Shown: in pieces, positions 19,052-28,113 of the stretch
Layout: every line of letters starts with the position of its first letter
Numbering within the stretch: position 1 is the first letter of the stretch
IMG/VR virus record: IMGVR_UViG_2906976556_000001
Span: 8,557-72,556 of that record
DNA length: 64,000 bases
Direction: 5' to 3' (one strand)
DNA from: a virus
Lineage: Duplodnaviria > Caudoviricetes
Notes under the pieces: generated by a model
Database searches by the model: none
What the model saw: the letters and a program-made list of their open reading frames with translations, nothing else
Told to the model about the DNA's origin: nothing
Translations under genes and position numbers: made by a program

Positions 19052-19383
19052 GAGCGTCGCCTAGCCCTTCGGCCGCCAGCACCCCGAGGCTGAAAGCCGG
19101 TGTATTTGCCGTGCTTTCGTGCCGCGTTCGTCAACGACGCCGCACCCCGAGACTTCGACGTCCCGTACTCCTTGTAGAAACCGAGCGGGTCGTCGTTCAC
19201 CGCGAACACCCGGTCGCCTTCGACGACGACGTGCGAGTTGTTCGCGAACTGACCGGACCTGCGGGGGGCCGTGCCACGGAACTCCTGCGCAATCTGAATG
19301 GCGATTTCCTCGCGCTTCGGTGTGGACGCTTCGCGGGCCTCCCGCTCCGACTGCCTGCGGAAGACCCGGACCCTGGCGACCAT
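19048..19383 (-). CDS. HK97 gp10-like neck/tail-completion protein
   Basis: APRRSG...YKEYGTS motif. Confidence 0.72.
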   Translation of the reverse strand: MVARVRVFRRQSEREAREASTPKREEIAIQIAQEFRGTAPRRSGQFANNSHVVVEGDRVFAVNDDPLGFYKEYGTSKSRGAASLTNAARKHGKYTGFQPRGAGGRRARRRS

Positions 19384-19610
19384 CAGTCCTTCTTCGGCTC
19401 CGCGACCTTCGCGTCAGCGGCGGCCTTCGGATCAGTGCGAGGAGCCTGAACGCGAGCAGGCGTCTCGACGACCGGCCGCGCAGCAGGCTCGTCGACAGGA
19501 ACCTCCTCGACAGGGGCTTCCTGCGACTTCACATGCTTCTCGTATGCCTTCGAATGCTCGTCGGCCCAATGCTCGACACCGTCGGCATCGGTGTAGGTGA
19601 CAACAGCCAT
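19383..19610 (-). CDS. Hypothetical protein
   Basis: GGAG RBS, coupled ORF. Confidence 0.6.
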   Translation of the reverse strand: MAVVTYTDADGVEHWADEHSKAYEKHVKSQEAPVEEVPVDEPAARPVVETPARVQAPRTDPKAAADAKVAEPKKD

Positions 19611-19614
19611 GGGA

Positions 19615-19986
19615 TTACTCCAAATCGTTTGTTCGCCGCACCATCACGGCGAGGTAGGAAGGTTTACGTCCACCGCGGATGTGGCGGCGGGACCGCGCAT
19701 TAGCGACGACCTGATAGCGGAGACCATCCGCATCGATCAACTCGTCACGAGATTCAGGTAGTGGACTATCAGGCTCCAGCAGCAGCACGTACACCGACGT
19801 CACATGCCCGTCGTCGAACTCGACGTTGCCCGCGTCGACGGACGACGCCGACAGTTGCCGCTGCTGCAGCAACCCACGCACCGGAATCGGTTCGGGCTTC
19901 ACCCCGGGCTTCTTGTTTCCGGTCGACGGATCGAAAGTCGGCGCGCCAGAGGGTCGTTGAAGCCGCCACTGTTCGGGAAATTTCAT
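19615..19986 (-). CDS. Head-to-tail stopper
   Basis: Synteny; D.L...G.RYQV pattern. Confidence 0.68.
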   Translation of the reverse strand: MKFPEQWRLQRPSGAPTFDPSTGNKKPGVKPEPIPVRGLLQQRQLSASSVDAGNVEFDDGHVTSVYVLLLEPDSPLPESRDELIDADGLRYQVVANARSRRHIRGGRKPSYLAVMVRRTNDLE

Positions 19987-20372
19987 CAGCCCGGCGCAAT
20001 CGAAAACGACTTCGACGTCGTCACCGGAGGCGTCAGCCGCGCCTTCTGCTTGTCCGTCATGTAGACGAGCTCCTCGAAATCAGCCGACGAAAAGTTGTAC
20101 TCGGTGGTGACCTCAGGGAACTGCTCCGACTTGATATTCGGGCCGATCCGCATGTTGTCGAGCGCCCGAGACACCATCACGCAGATGACGCCCTTGACGA
20201 GATCGATGTCCAACGCGGCAGACTCGACCGACGCGTCGAGCGTCGGAACTTCCTGCCGCGCAACAGCGGACGCGAAGCGGATCAGGAAGAGGACCTGCGG
20301 CAGCTGCGCCTCGGAGAACACCTCCGAACGGAACGTCTGCAGATCCCCTTCCGAGATCAGCGGGTAGGCCAC
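19986..20372 (-). CDS. Head-to-tail adaptor
   Basis: Synteny; VICVMVSRAL helix. Confidence 0.7.
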   Translation of the reverse strand: MAYPLISEGDLQTFRSEVFSEAQLPQVLFLIRFASAVARQEVPTLDASVESAALDIDLVKGVICVMVSRALDNMRIGPNIKSEQFPEVTTEYNFSSADFEELVYMTDKQKARLTPPVTTSKSFSIAPG

Positions 20373-20375
20373 GAA

Positions 20376-20636
20376 TCAGGCCTTGGCTCCGGCAGCGGCC
20401 TTCTCGGCTGCTTCCTTGTCGGCCTTGGCCTTTGCTGCAGCGGCGGTACGCTTCTCCGCGGCGGTCGGCTCGTCCGAGTCGTCGGAGCCTTCCTTCGCGA
20501 TGAGTCCGTCGCCGAGCAGACGCTTGATCGCGTCAGCCGAAATGTCCGACGGCACGGTTGCACCCTGGTACAGGTACTTGATCTTGCCGTCCGAGCCGTT
20601 CACGCCGACGAGCGGCGCTGTCACGATGTGTCCCAT
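20376..20636 (-). CDS. Hypothetical protein after major capsid
   Basis: Good RBS; YLYQGATVP motif. Confidence 0.6.
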   Translation of the reverse strand: MGHIVTAPLVGVNGSDGKIKYLYQGATVPSDISADAIKRLLGDGLIAKEGSDDSDEPTAAEKRTAAAAKAKADKEAAEKAAAGAKA

Positions 20637-20648
20637 GTCAGTTTCCCC

Positions 20649-21557
20649 TTACGCCGCGATGCCGGTGATGCGGATGGCTGCGCCGGGTTCGTTGACGTAC
20701 GGCACGCAGACACGGCGGGCACGGACGCGCCACTGGTCGTTGTCGTCGTCGCGGATCGACTTCGTCTCGATGACGTCGCCGGTGTAGCCCTGGCCGAGCT
20801 TCTCGTCGGCGATGCCTCCGAGAGCGTTGGTGTCGATCAGCCACGCGCCGGCTGCGGGCAGGTTCGACGTCGGCAGCAACGTCAGGCCCGCGACCTGACG
20901 GAACTGTCCGGTCGACACGGCGTTGTCGCCGGTCTCACGGGGAAGCAGCGTCGACAGCTTCTCGTCGGACGCGAGGATCGCCCAGGTGGCGTCGTCGACG
21001 ACGATGACGTTCGGGTCGTAGCCCTTGTTCAGGGCAGCGACCTTCGCCTTCGCGAGCATGATGTCGCGCAGGATCGTCGCCGAGCTGCCCGTCCACGGGT
21101 TCGCCGCAGCCTGGGTGGCAGTGACCTGGGAAGCGATCAGCGACAGCGACAGACCGTCGACGGTCTTCACCAGCGTGTTGACCAGACGCTGGAACGCCTT
21201 CTCCACGGGGGAGAAGTTCGAGCGCTTGATCTTCTCGTCGGTGATGGGCACGTCCTGGCCCCACTTGGTGACCTTCACGGCCTGAGGCGTGCCGTCACCG
21301 AGGCCCGCGAGGGGGTACTCGGCGCCCGGCGTGATCGCCTCGGGTGCACGCTCGGTGTACAGCGGGTCGTCCTGCTCGAACACCACTGCGCCGCCGGACA
21401 CGTCGGTCCGGGAGGTCAGGATGATGTCGGAGATGAAGCGCTGCTGCGCGATCTCGTTGACGCGCTTCGCCACGACGGTCGGGTTGGCGAGGAATCGGTT
21501 GATCGAGGTGATGTCGCCCGAGAACGTGGGCGGCCCCGATGGGTAGGTGATGGCCAC
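20649..21557 (-). CDS. Major capsid protein
   Basis: 302 aa; GAEYP, KWGQDVPITDE; follows scaffold and decoration genes. Confidence 0.9.
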   Translation of the reverse strand: MAITYPSGPPTFSGDITSINRFLANPTVVAKRVNEIAQQRFISDIILTSRTDVSGGAVVFEQDDPLYTERAPEAITPGAEYPLAGLGDGTPQAVKVTKWGQDVPITDEKIKRSNFSPVEKAFQRLVNTLVKTVDGLSLSLIASQVTATQAAANPWTGSSATILRDIMLAKAKVAALNKGYDPNVIVVDDATWAILASDEKLSTLLPRETGDNAVSTGQFRQVAGLTLLPTSNLPAAGAWLIDTNALGGIADEKLGQGYTGDVIETKSIRDDDNDQWRVRARRVCVPYVNEPGAAIRITGIAA

Positions 21558-21624
21558 GGTGGCCCTCCTTCAAGACTGGGAGCCGCTCGGCCCCAGGGGG
21601 AATGGGATGTGTTGGGGCGGCGCG

Positions 21625-21984
21625 TCAGCGCAGCAGGACGCGGACCTTGCCGGACGCGGCGGCAGCGAGCGCGACGCCGACGACCTGGTCGGCGGTACCT
21701 GCACCGACAGTTGCAACGGCGCCGGCCGCTGCGGCGACGACATTCGCGCCAGCAGCGATCGCGCCGGACGCAGCGAGCTCGTGCACGCCGCCGGCGTGGA
21801 CGGTGACCTTCTCGCCGGACGCTGCATCGAACGCGGCGACACCGAGCCATGCGGCAGTCGCTGCCGAGGTCGGAGCGACGGTGTCGTTGCCGGACACCGC
21901 AACCAGCTGTCCGCCGGTGACGGCTGCCGAGGTAGCGATCGGAAGATCGGCACCTGGCTTACGGATGGGAACGTATTCGGCCAT
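21625..21984 (-). CDS. Capsid decoration/cement protein (DUF2190-like)
   Basis: Ala/Gly-rich 119 aa; GVAAFDAASG...GVALAAA. Confidence 0.78.
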   Translation of the reverse strand: MAEYVPIRKPGADLPIATSAAVTGGQLVAVSGNDTVAPTSAATAAWLGVAAFDAASGEKVTVHAGGVHELAASGAIAAGANVVAAAAGAVATVGAGTADQVVGVALAAAASGKVRVLLR

Positions 21985-21993
21985 GTCAGGGCC

Positions 21994-22626
21994 TCACTTT
22001 CGATTCTGGGAAGATCCGTAGAACTCCCCGTAGAGGAGGTCGTCCGCGGTCTGCGGGGGACCGGGTTGAGCACCCTGCGACGGCACCGGAGCAGGAACAC
22101 GCGGCGCGTTCGGATCCACCACAGGGGGTGGAGGAGTGGCAGGGGCCAGAGTTGGCTGGATGGTCGCCCAGTCAGCAGCCAGCTCTTCGGGCGTCGCGCC
22201 CTTGAGTCGGTCGATCCACACAGCGGGGACCGAATTAGCGATCGCGAATCGGAGCCGAAGGTTCTCGGCTTCCTTTTCCTTTGCGGCGGTGTCCCGTTCG
22301 GCGCCGAAGTTCTGCGCTCGTTCGAGTTCGGAGAGCTTGGCGTCTTCCGCGGCCTTCGCGTCGGCAGCCGCCTTGTCCTGAAATTCCTTCAGCGCCTTCT
22401 CGGCAGCGGCACGTGCTTCACGTTCCGCGTCGAGGGCCTTCTTTCCGGGGTCACCGAGACCGTCGGGATACTGCGGATCCGGCGTCGCGCCGGGTGCAGG
22501 CGAAGGTGCAGCTGGGGGAGTGGCCGGGTCAGCCGGCGGGGCCGCGGGCGGCTGCTGCGCAGCAACATCCGCGGGAGTGGGGACAGGTGCAGCCGGTGCG
22601 GTCGTAGCCGGAGCGGGAGCAGTCAT
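21994..22626 (-). CDS. Scaffolding protein
   Basis: Pro/Ala-rich N-terminus; LGDPGKKALDAER, KLSELER, LKGATPEEL. Confidence 0.85.
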   Translation of the reverse strand: MTAPAPATTAPAAPVPTPADVAAQQPPAAPPADPATPPAAPSPAPGATPDPQYPDGLGDPGKKALDAEREARAAAEKALKEFQDKAAADAKAAEDAKLSELERAQNFGAERDTAAKEKEAENLRLRFAIANSVPAVWIDRLKGATPEELAADWATIQPTLAPATPPPPVVDPNAPRVPAPVPSQGAQPGPPQTADDLLYGEFYGSSQNRK

Positions 22627-22732
22627 CGGATGGAAACCTCCAGGAAGGGTTGGACACGTCATCGCGACGTCGACCACCCCAGATCGCCTGAGGCGGTTTA
22701 GATCCCCACGGCGTGGGGAAGAATTTGGGCAT

Positions 22733-22764
22733 GAAAAAACCCCGCAGCGCGTGGCTTACGGGGC
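22733..22764 (-). terminator. Intrinsic terminator
   Basis: CCCCGTA...TGCGGGG stem followed by TTTTTT, just after the 22782 stop. Confidence 0.7.
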
Positions 22765-22781
22765 TAAGAGGGTGTGTACGG

Positions 22782-23027
22782 TTATTCGGCGAGTAGTTCG
22801 TCGAGTGTGTGGCCGCCCTTGGCGGCGGCTTTCTCCCAGTACTCACGGTTCTCGTCGGTGAGTCTGGTCGGGGTGTTCGGCGCCGATTCTTCCTGCGGAT
22901 CGAAGTCAGGATTGATCCGCAGGCGGGCCTTGATCTCGGCGTCGGTGAACACTTTCCGCGCCGGGTGAACGTTGCCGAACACGTCGAGGTAACGGTAGTT
23001 GCCCAGCACCAAGTTCGGCAGCATCAT
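22782..23027 (-). CDS. Small hypothetical protein coupled to the MuF-like fusion
   Basis: ATGA overlap with the 23024 stop; followed by a terminator. Confidence 0.65.
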   Translation of the reverse strand: MMLPNLVLGNYRYLDVFGNVHPARKVFTDAEIKARLRINPDFDPQEESAPNTPTRLTDENREYWEKAAAKGGHTLDELLAE

Positions 23028-26000
23028 GGCAGGACCCCCATCCGTCGGAACGTCCAGGCAAGTATATCCATCGCTTCACGGCTGCCACCTGAGATCGCTG
23101 CGAGCTGAGCAGGGTTGCCCATCACGAGCGCGGCGTAGCCTTCCGCGATCCACTCTTCCCGGCCGGACACCGAAGTGCCCTCCGATCCCGATCGGTAGTA
23201 GTCGTTCACGCCAGAGTTCGCCTCGACGAATTCCTTGTGCGCCCACTGGATGTACGGGTCGTCGACGAACCGGCCCACCGTGTAGTCGACTGGTTCCTGA
23301 GCTCGTGCCACGATGCTCGCAGGCAGGTTCGGGTTGCCCTGTTCCTGCCAGCGGACATCGATCGGATTGTCTCGCAGCGTGTTCGAGTCCAGCGCGTGCC
23401 CGATCTCGTGCGCGACGACGTTCACCGAACCGTGCGGCGCGTCCGTCGAGATGACGACTGCCTTGATCTGGTTTTGGTAGAACGAGATCGCATCGATCGG
23501 ACGGCCATCGGCACTGGTGATTCCGTCGAACATCGCCGCGAACGGGCCTTCCGATACCTTCCGTGACGCCACAACCCGGACACCTGTGTCACCGAGGATC
23601 TGTCGGGCGGCGAATGGCACAGATAGGAAGTCGTTCTCGAACTGGAGCCGCTCCATGAAGCCGACACGACCATCGATCTCGGGTGTCACCGGCTCGTTCG
23701 CGCTGAACCCAGCGGGTTCGCGAGCGACCGTCAAGCCTCGGGCGGCGCCAGCAGGCGAAGGGGCGACGTCGACCTCATCGGTATCCCCTTCGACCATTCG
23801 CCAGAACTTCTCCTGCGCAGCCATTTTCAATGGTGCCGGCGCCGAAGGATCGCCGATCAGCCGCATGTTCAGGCCGGACTTCAGAACCTCGTCGAACACC
23901 TCTCGGAGCTGTTCCGAGTCGCCGATGTCGAAGTCCAATTCCTCCATTGCGGCGGCAAAGTCGCTGTACTCGTCGACGAACTCGCCGCCCTTGACTGACT
24001 TCACAACCTTCGGGGACCCAGTCACATCTACGGGAAGCGGTCTGGACTCAACCCGGCGGTGCTTCTGCAGAATCGACCACAACGCGGACCCGATTTCTTC
24101 CGACTCCAAGAAATCTGCATCCGGGTCGTTGATTCCGGCGACATTCAGCTTGGTTTCGATGATCTCGTTGGTGACGGCCCGCATGTCGAAGTCGCTCGTT
24201 CGTGCACCACCAGTCAACCGGCCCGCTGGCGCGTCTCTGTAGCTCGAGGCCGCCTGATAGCTGAGCCAGGAATGCACCGACTGGTTTACCTCGTAGAGCT
24301 TGTTCTGCGACAGCGACTCGACATCGGTGCCGCGGTAGGTCGTCAGGTAGCCCTTGAACGGTGCACCGGTTTTCGCCCGGTTCTCGTCCCACTTCAGCTT
24401 CGCTGCCGCCGACTCGGCGGCCTTCTCGGCCGCCAGCACTGCATCGTCCTTGACCTTCGCCGCACTGATCAATTCATCCAGACGGCTGCGGATTGCCGTG
24501 TCGACACCGGGCAGGATGTCAGGATCGATCAGATGCTCGACATTCAAGCCGTCCGCGAGGATCTCGTCGACTAGCGTCGGCGCCTGTGCGGTGCCCGAGA
24601 CTCTGAATCGACCCGGGCGTACATCGAAATTGATGTCGTCACGCCCGAGTTGCTTCAACGCGACCGCGACCCGCAGCGCATCCGCTCGATCGCCTGTTTC
24701 GATGCTGGTGCTCGAGTACGGCCGAGTGACGCCGCGGTGCGGCGACTCCGACATGTACGTCCGGTTTTGACCGAAGATCGAGTCCAGCACCGCGGTGGTC
24801 GAAGCACGATCGTTGACCGGCTTGTAGATGTACTCCAGCGGCTGGACGTTCAGCCCAGCCTGCAGGACGGAATCCGCGATCTCAGGCAGGTCGTAGGCGA
24901 CAGGGTTCAGTGGCGTCGCACGGTCGATCGGATCTTTCCGCCGATTCAACTCCAACCGCAGATGCGCCGAAATCCCAGCAGCGGTGTCCAACACCTGCTG
25001 CGGTGTCGCCTCAGCGAGCGGCACCGGCACTTGCACCGGCGGACTCGGTCGCACAACCGGCGGCGACGACATGACCCGACCGGATGCGATGACCCGATCC
25101 AAATCGACCGTCGGTAGCTGGTGCAGCGGAACGTTCAGCAGCTCGTCGAGATCCGGCACCAAACCGGTGCGAGACCCAACACCCGAAGCAGGACCGGAGC
25201 GTTCGAGCACGTAGCCGTTCAGCTTCAGCAGCCGCAGCGCATCCTCGCGGGACTCGGCGACCTCGTAAATCGCTTCCGGCATCAGTCTCGGCGTCGTCGT
25301 CGGAGTCCGGCCGCGCGCACGAATCAGCTTCCCCGCGACACCGCGCTTCGTTGTGCCCTCAGTCGTGTACGCCAGCTGCCGCCCGTACACCTGCGCTCGC
25401 TGCATCCCACGGTCCGCGTTCACGACCTGGCTGATGTCTGCGCCGTCCCGGATGGCTTGCGCGGCAGTCGGGCCGAACGCCGCATCCTGCTCGACCTTCG
25501 ACAGCGAACGAAAGTAGCGGTCCGGGTCGACCGAGATCTCGGACGCGATCTTCTGCGTCGACGGAACGTGCCGGCAGTCGCACCGCGGGTGCCGTCTGAA
25601 TCCGGCACTCCACTTGTAGAACCGGCCAGCCAGGATCACGCACCGCGCACACGACGGCGGATTCAGCATCCGCACATATCCGACCGACGGGCGAGCTGTG
25701 ATGCCAACGGATTCCGCGGCACGACCCGTGTCCGACAGTGTCGTCTGCACCAGCATCTGCAACACCTCGGCGCCCGCCGACAGCGCGTCAGCCGGAGCCA
25801 GTCCCGAGGCGACAGCAGTCTTGGACTCGATCACCGACCGGTACATCGCGTCGCCGAGCTCGACACCGCCGCCGGTCACACCGACGAACGACTCCGGCAC
25901 GACGTCCGCGAGCACGTCAGGCTGCAGGCCTTGCTCGTCGAGAACCGTCGGGACAAAGTCGACAGCGAGGTTCGCCGACGCCAACTGCGCCTGCTCCACC

Positions 26001-26158
26001 GAACCAACCAATGTCGGCGCGATCTGGTCCCACGACTCGTCGAAGTCGTTGCCCATCCGCAGCCACAGCCGCTTCACCAGCGCTAGCGTTGCAGCGGAAA
26101 TCCGCTGCTGGCCGAGCCAGTACGCGCCGACAGAATCAGGCAGCGCCACCGGTGACAT
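23024..26158 (-). CDS. MuF-like/capsid-maturation protein with long extension and C-terminal HExxH zinc metallopeptidase
   Basis: After portal; CARC...HPRCDC in the N-terminal domain; VVAHEIGHALD and REEWIAEGYA at the C-terminus. Confidence 0.8.
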   Translation of the reverse strand: MSPVALPDSVGAYWLGQQRISAATLALVKRLWLRMGNDFDESWDQIAPTLVGSVEQAQLASANLAVDFVPTVLDEQGLQPDVLADVVPESFVGVTGGGVELGDAMYRSVIESKTAVASGLAPADALSAGAEVLQMLVQTTLSDTGRAAESVGITARPSVGYVRMLNPPSCARCVILAGRFYKWSAGFRRHPRCDCRHVPSTQKIASEISVDPDRYFRSLSKVEQDAAFGPTAAQAIRDGADISQVVNADRGMQRAQVYGRQLAYTTEGTTKRGVAGKLIRARGRTPTTTPRLMPEAIYEVAESREDALRLLKLNGYVLERSGPASGVGSRTGLVPDLDELLNVPLHQLPTVDLDRVIASGRVMSSPPVVRPSPPVQVPVPLAEATPQQVLDTAAGISAHLRLELNRRKDPIDRATPLNPVAYDLPEIADSVLQAGLNVQPLEYIYKPVNDRASTTAVLDSIFGQNRTYMSESPHRGVTRPYSSTSIETGDRADALRVAVALKQLGRDDINFDVRPGRFRVSGTAQAPTLVDEILADGLNVEHLIDPDILPGVDTAIRSRLDELISAAKVKDDAVLAAEKAAESAAAKLKWDENRAKTGAPFKGYLTTYRGTDVESLSQNKLYEVNQSVHSWLSYQAASSYRDAPAGRLTGGARTSDFDMRAVTNEIIETKLNVAGINDPDADFLESEEIGSALWSILQKHRRVESRPLPVDVTGSPKVVKSVKGGEFVDEYSDFAAAMEELDFDIGDSEQLREVFDEVLKSGLNMRLIGDPSAPAPLKMAAQEKFWRMVEGDTDEVDVAPSPAGAARGLTVAREPAGFSANEPVTPEIDGRVGFMERLQFENDFLSVPFAARQILGDTGVRVVASRKVSEGPFAAMFDGITSADGRPIDAISFYQNQIKAVVISTDAPHGSVNVVAHEIGHALDSNTLRDNPIDVRWQEQGNPNLPASIVARAQEPVDYTVGRFVDDPYIQWAHKEFVEANSGVNDYYRSGSEGTSVSGREEWIAEGYAALVMGNPAQLAAISGGSREAMDILAWTFRRMGVLP

Positions 26159-27491
26159 CCTGGAAGCTACGGTTCACGCGGTCGAGTTGCGGATCGACCG
26201 CGGCTTCCAAGTCCATCTGCCGCATCTGCTTCCGCTGAGTCTCCGTGTACCCGAGATCGATACGCGTCTGCTCCAACGGCACGATCTTTGACTCGTACTT
26301 CTTGACCGCAGCGTCAGCCTTCTGCGACTCGGTCGGCGTGGACGGGTCACGCCACACCGTCTCGAGCGAATAGTCACGCATCTCCAGCTCGGACTTGCCG
26401 CGCATGAACATGAGGTTGATGCGCTGCACATCCTCGTGCGCGCCACCAAGGAACGTGTGCTTCCGCTCGATGCGCTTCACCAGCTGAATTTCCGACGACC
26501 GGATCGCATCCGCGGACGCAGGATTGTCGCCGACGAAGCCCATGTAATGCGGTGGCAGCGCAGCCATCTGCGACGCCAACTGCGCCAGCAGCTTGATCGT
26601 CGAATGAAAGTTCGCGAGATCAGCCTCAGCGAACTGGCCGACCTTCACATTCGGGTTCTCGTTCGCCCAGATCCGTGATTTGATCTGCTGCCACGCCGTC
26701 ACACGACGACCCGACGGATCCTCGAAGTCCTTCGCCGTCAGGCCGAAAGCCCACCGGCGAGGCATCGCATGGAACTCGCCCGAGATCATCATGTCCGTCG
26801 CCATCTTGTTCGCGGCATCCGCGAGAGGCAGCAGATCCTTGAACTCGGTGGTGCCGTTCGGACGCAACGTTCGAGGACGGTTCACCAGCGGAACGACAGG
26901 AACGACCCCGAAGTTGTGCTTGTCCTGGAACTCGCCCTTCGCCCACGCGCCCTGTGTCTGCACGAACTCCGACGTCTCCATCGGCGTGTACACGAGCGCA
27001 TGCTCGACGTCGTCGAGATCCTTCCACCGCTTGATCGCGGCAGTCACCTTCTGCGTCGCCGGGTCCCGCTGCGCCCACATCTGAAACGGCGACTCGATCG
27101 AGTTGATCGGCGGCATCCCCTTCTCAGGGTTCGTGCCGATCGTCACGTACGACCGCGACAACGAGATGGAATCGAGGTGCGCCTGCTGCGACTTCTCGTC
27201 CATGTTGTTGTACTGCCACCACGACCACAGCTCGTCGTCGCCGGAATCCATGTCCGCGAACCGGAATCCCTCGACATCGAGACGGTTCTCGTAGGCGTCG
27301 GCGACGAACCGCGCCCAGTTGATTACCAGCTCGGCGACCGTCTCGCCGATCTCGTCCTTCATCGCCTCGGACATGTACTTCAAGGGCTGCTCGCCCTCGT
27401 AGTAGTTGTCCCACTTCGTCAGGTTGTCGACGTCGACGCGGAGCCCTTTTTCGAGCTCCGGGATCAGCTCCAGTGGTGTCTTGTCGGCCAC
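26136..27491 (-). CDS. Portal protein (SPP1 gp6-like)
   Basis: YYEGEQPL, HNFGVVPVVPLVN, NPASADAIR motifs. Confidence 0.93.
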   Translation of the reverse strand: MADKTPLELIPELEKGLRVDVDNLTKWDNYYEGEQPLKYMSEAMKDEIGETVAELVINWARFVADAYENRLDVEGFRFADMDSGDDELWSWWQYNNMDEKSQQAHLDSISLSRSYVTIGTNPEKGMPPINSIESPFQMWAQRDPATQKVTAAIKRWKDLDDVEHALVYTPMETSEFVQTQGAWAKGEFQDKHNFGVVPVVPLVNRPRTLRPNGTTEFKDLLPLADAANKMATDMMISGEFHAMPRRWAFGLTAKDFEDPSGRRVTAWQQIKSRIWANENPNVKVGQFAEADLANFHSTIKLLAQLASQMAALPPHYMGFVGDNPASADAIRSSEIQLVKRIERKHTFLGGAHEDVQRINLMFMRGKSELEMRDYSLETVWRDPSTPTESQKADAAVKKYESKIVPLEQTRIDLGYTETQRKQMRQMDLEAAVDPQLDRVNRSFQDVTGGAA

Positions 27492-27507
27492 GACACCCCC
27501 ATTCAGT

Positions 27508-28113
27508 TCAGAAAACGATCATTCGGCTGCTCACCTGGTTCGGTTCGGGCCAGCCAGCTGCCCAGGAATCCGCAGCTGCCTCATGTGCGACGATTGATGC
27601 CATTGCGGCGTCGATCTTTTGGTGATCGGTGGGTTTGCCGAGAACGTATTTCTGGCCTGGCTTCGCCACTTTGCGTGCGTTCGCGATGTGAATCGCGGTG
27701 ATCGGGCAACCGTCATGCGATATGCGCCCGGTCGCGAGATCCGTCTCGAAACGGCGGATCGACTCGTACATCTGATTGACACGCCCTGTGTGCCACTCGA
27801 AGACGTGCTCCTCGCCGTGGTTTCGTGACCAATCACCGATCTCCGAGTACCAGTCCTGCGGGTCGCAGTACATTCGCTCGACCTTGTACCTGTCGAAGAT
27901 CTCGTCGACCGCTGCATGGACCTCGCCGCGAGGAATACGGCCTTCCCACTCACTCGGATCCCAGATCGTCGGGAGATCGTCAGGCCCGTACCGAGGAGTG
28001 AACTGAACGCCATCTCGTGTCTCGCAACGGATCGCGGTCCAGTCATTGTTCTCGGAACCGTCGAAGCCAACGGCCACCTGAGTTCCGGCCGGTGGGTTAG
28101 GAAGCCACAGCAT
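27508..28113 (-). CDS. terL: Terminase large subunit, nuclease domain (separate ORF)
   Basis: VGFDGSENND, YCDP, KIDAAMA RNase H-like motifs; ATG at 28113 overlaps the ATPase ORF by 17 nt. Confidence 0.85.
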   Translation of the reverse strand: MLWLPNPPAGTQVAVGFDGSENNDWTAIRCETRDGVQFTPRYGPDDLPTIWDPSEWEGRIPRGEVHAAVDEIFDRYKVERMYCDPQDWYSEIGDWSRNHGEEHVFEWHTGRVNQMYESIRRFETDLATGRISHDGCPITAIHIANARKVAKPGQKYVLGKPTDHQKIDAAMASIVAHEAAADSWAAGWPEPNQVSSRMIVF

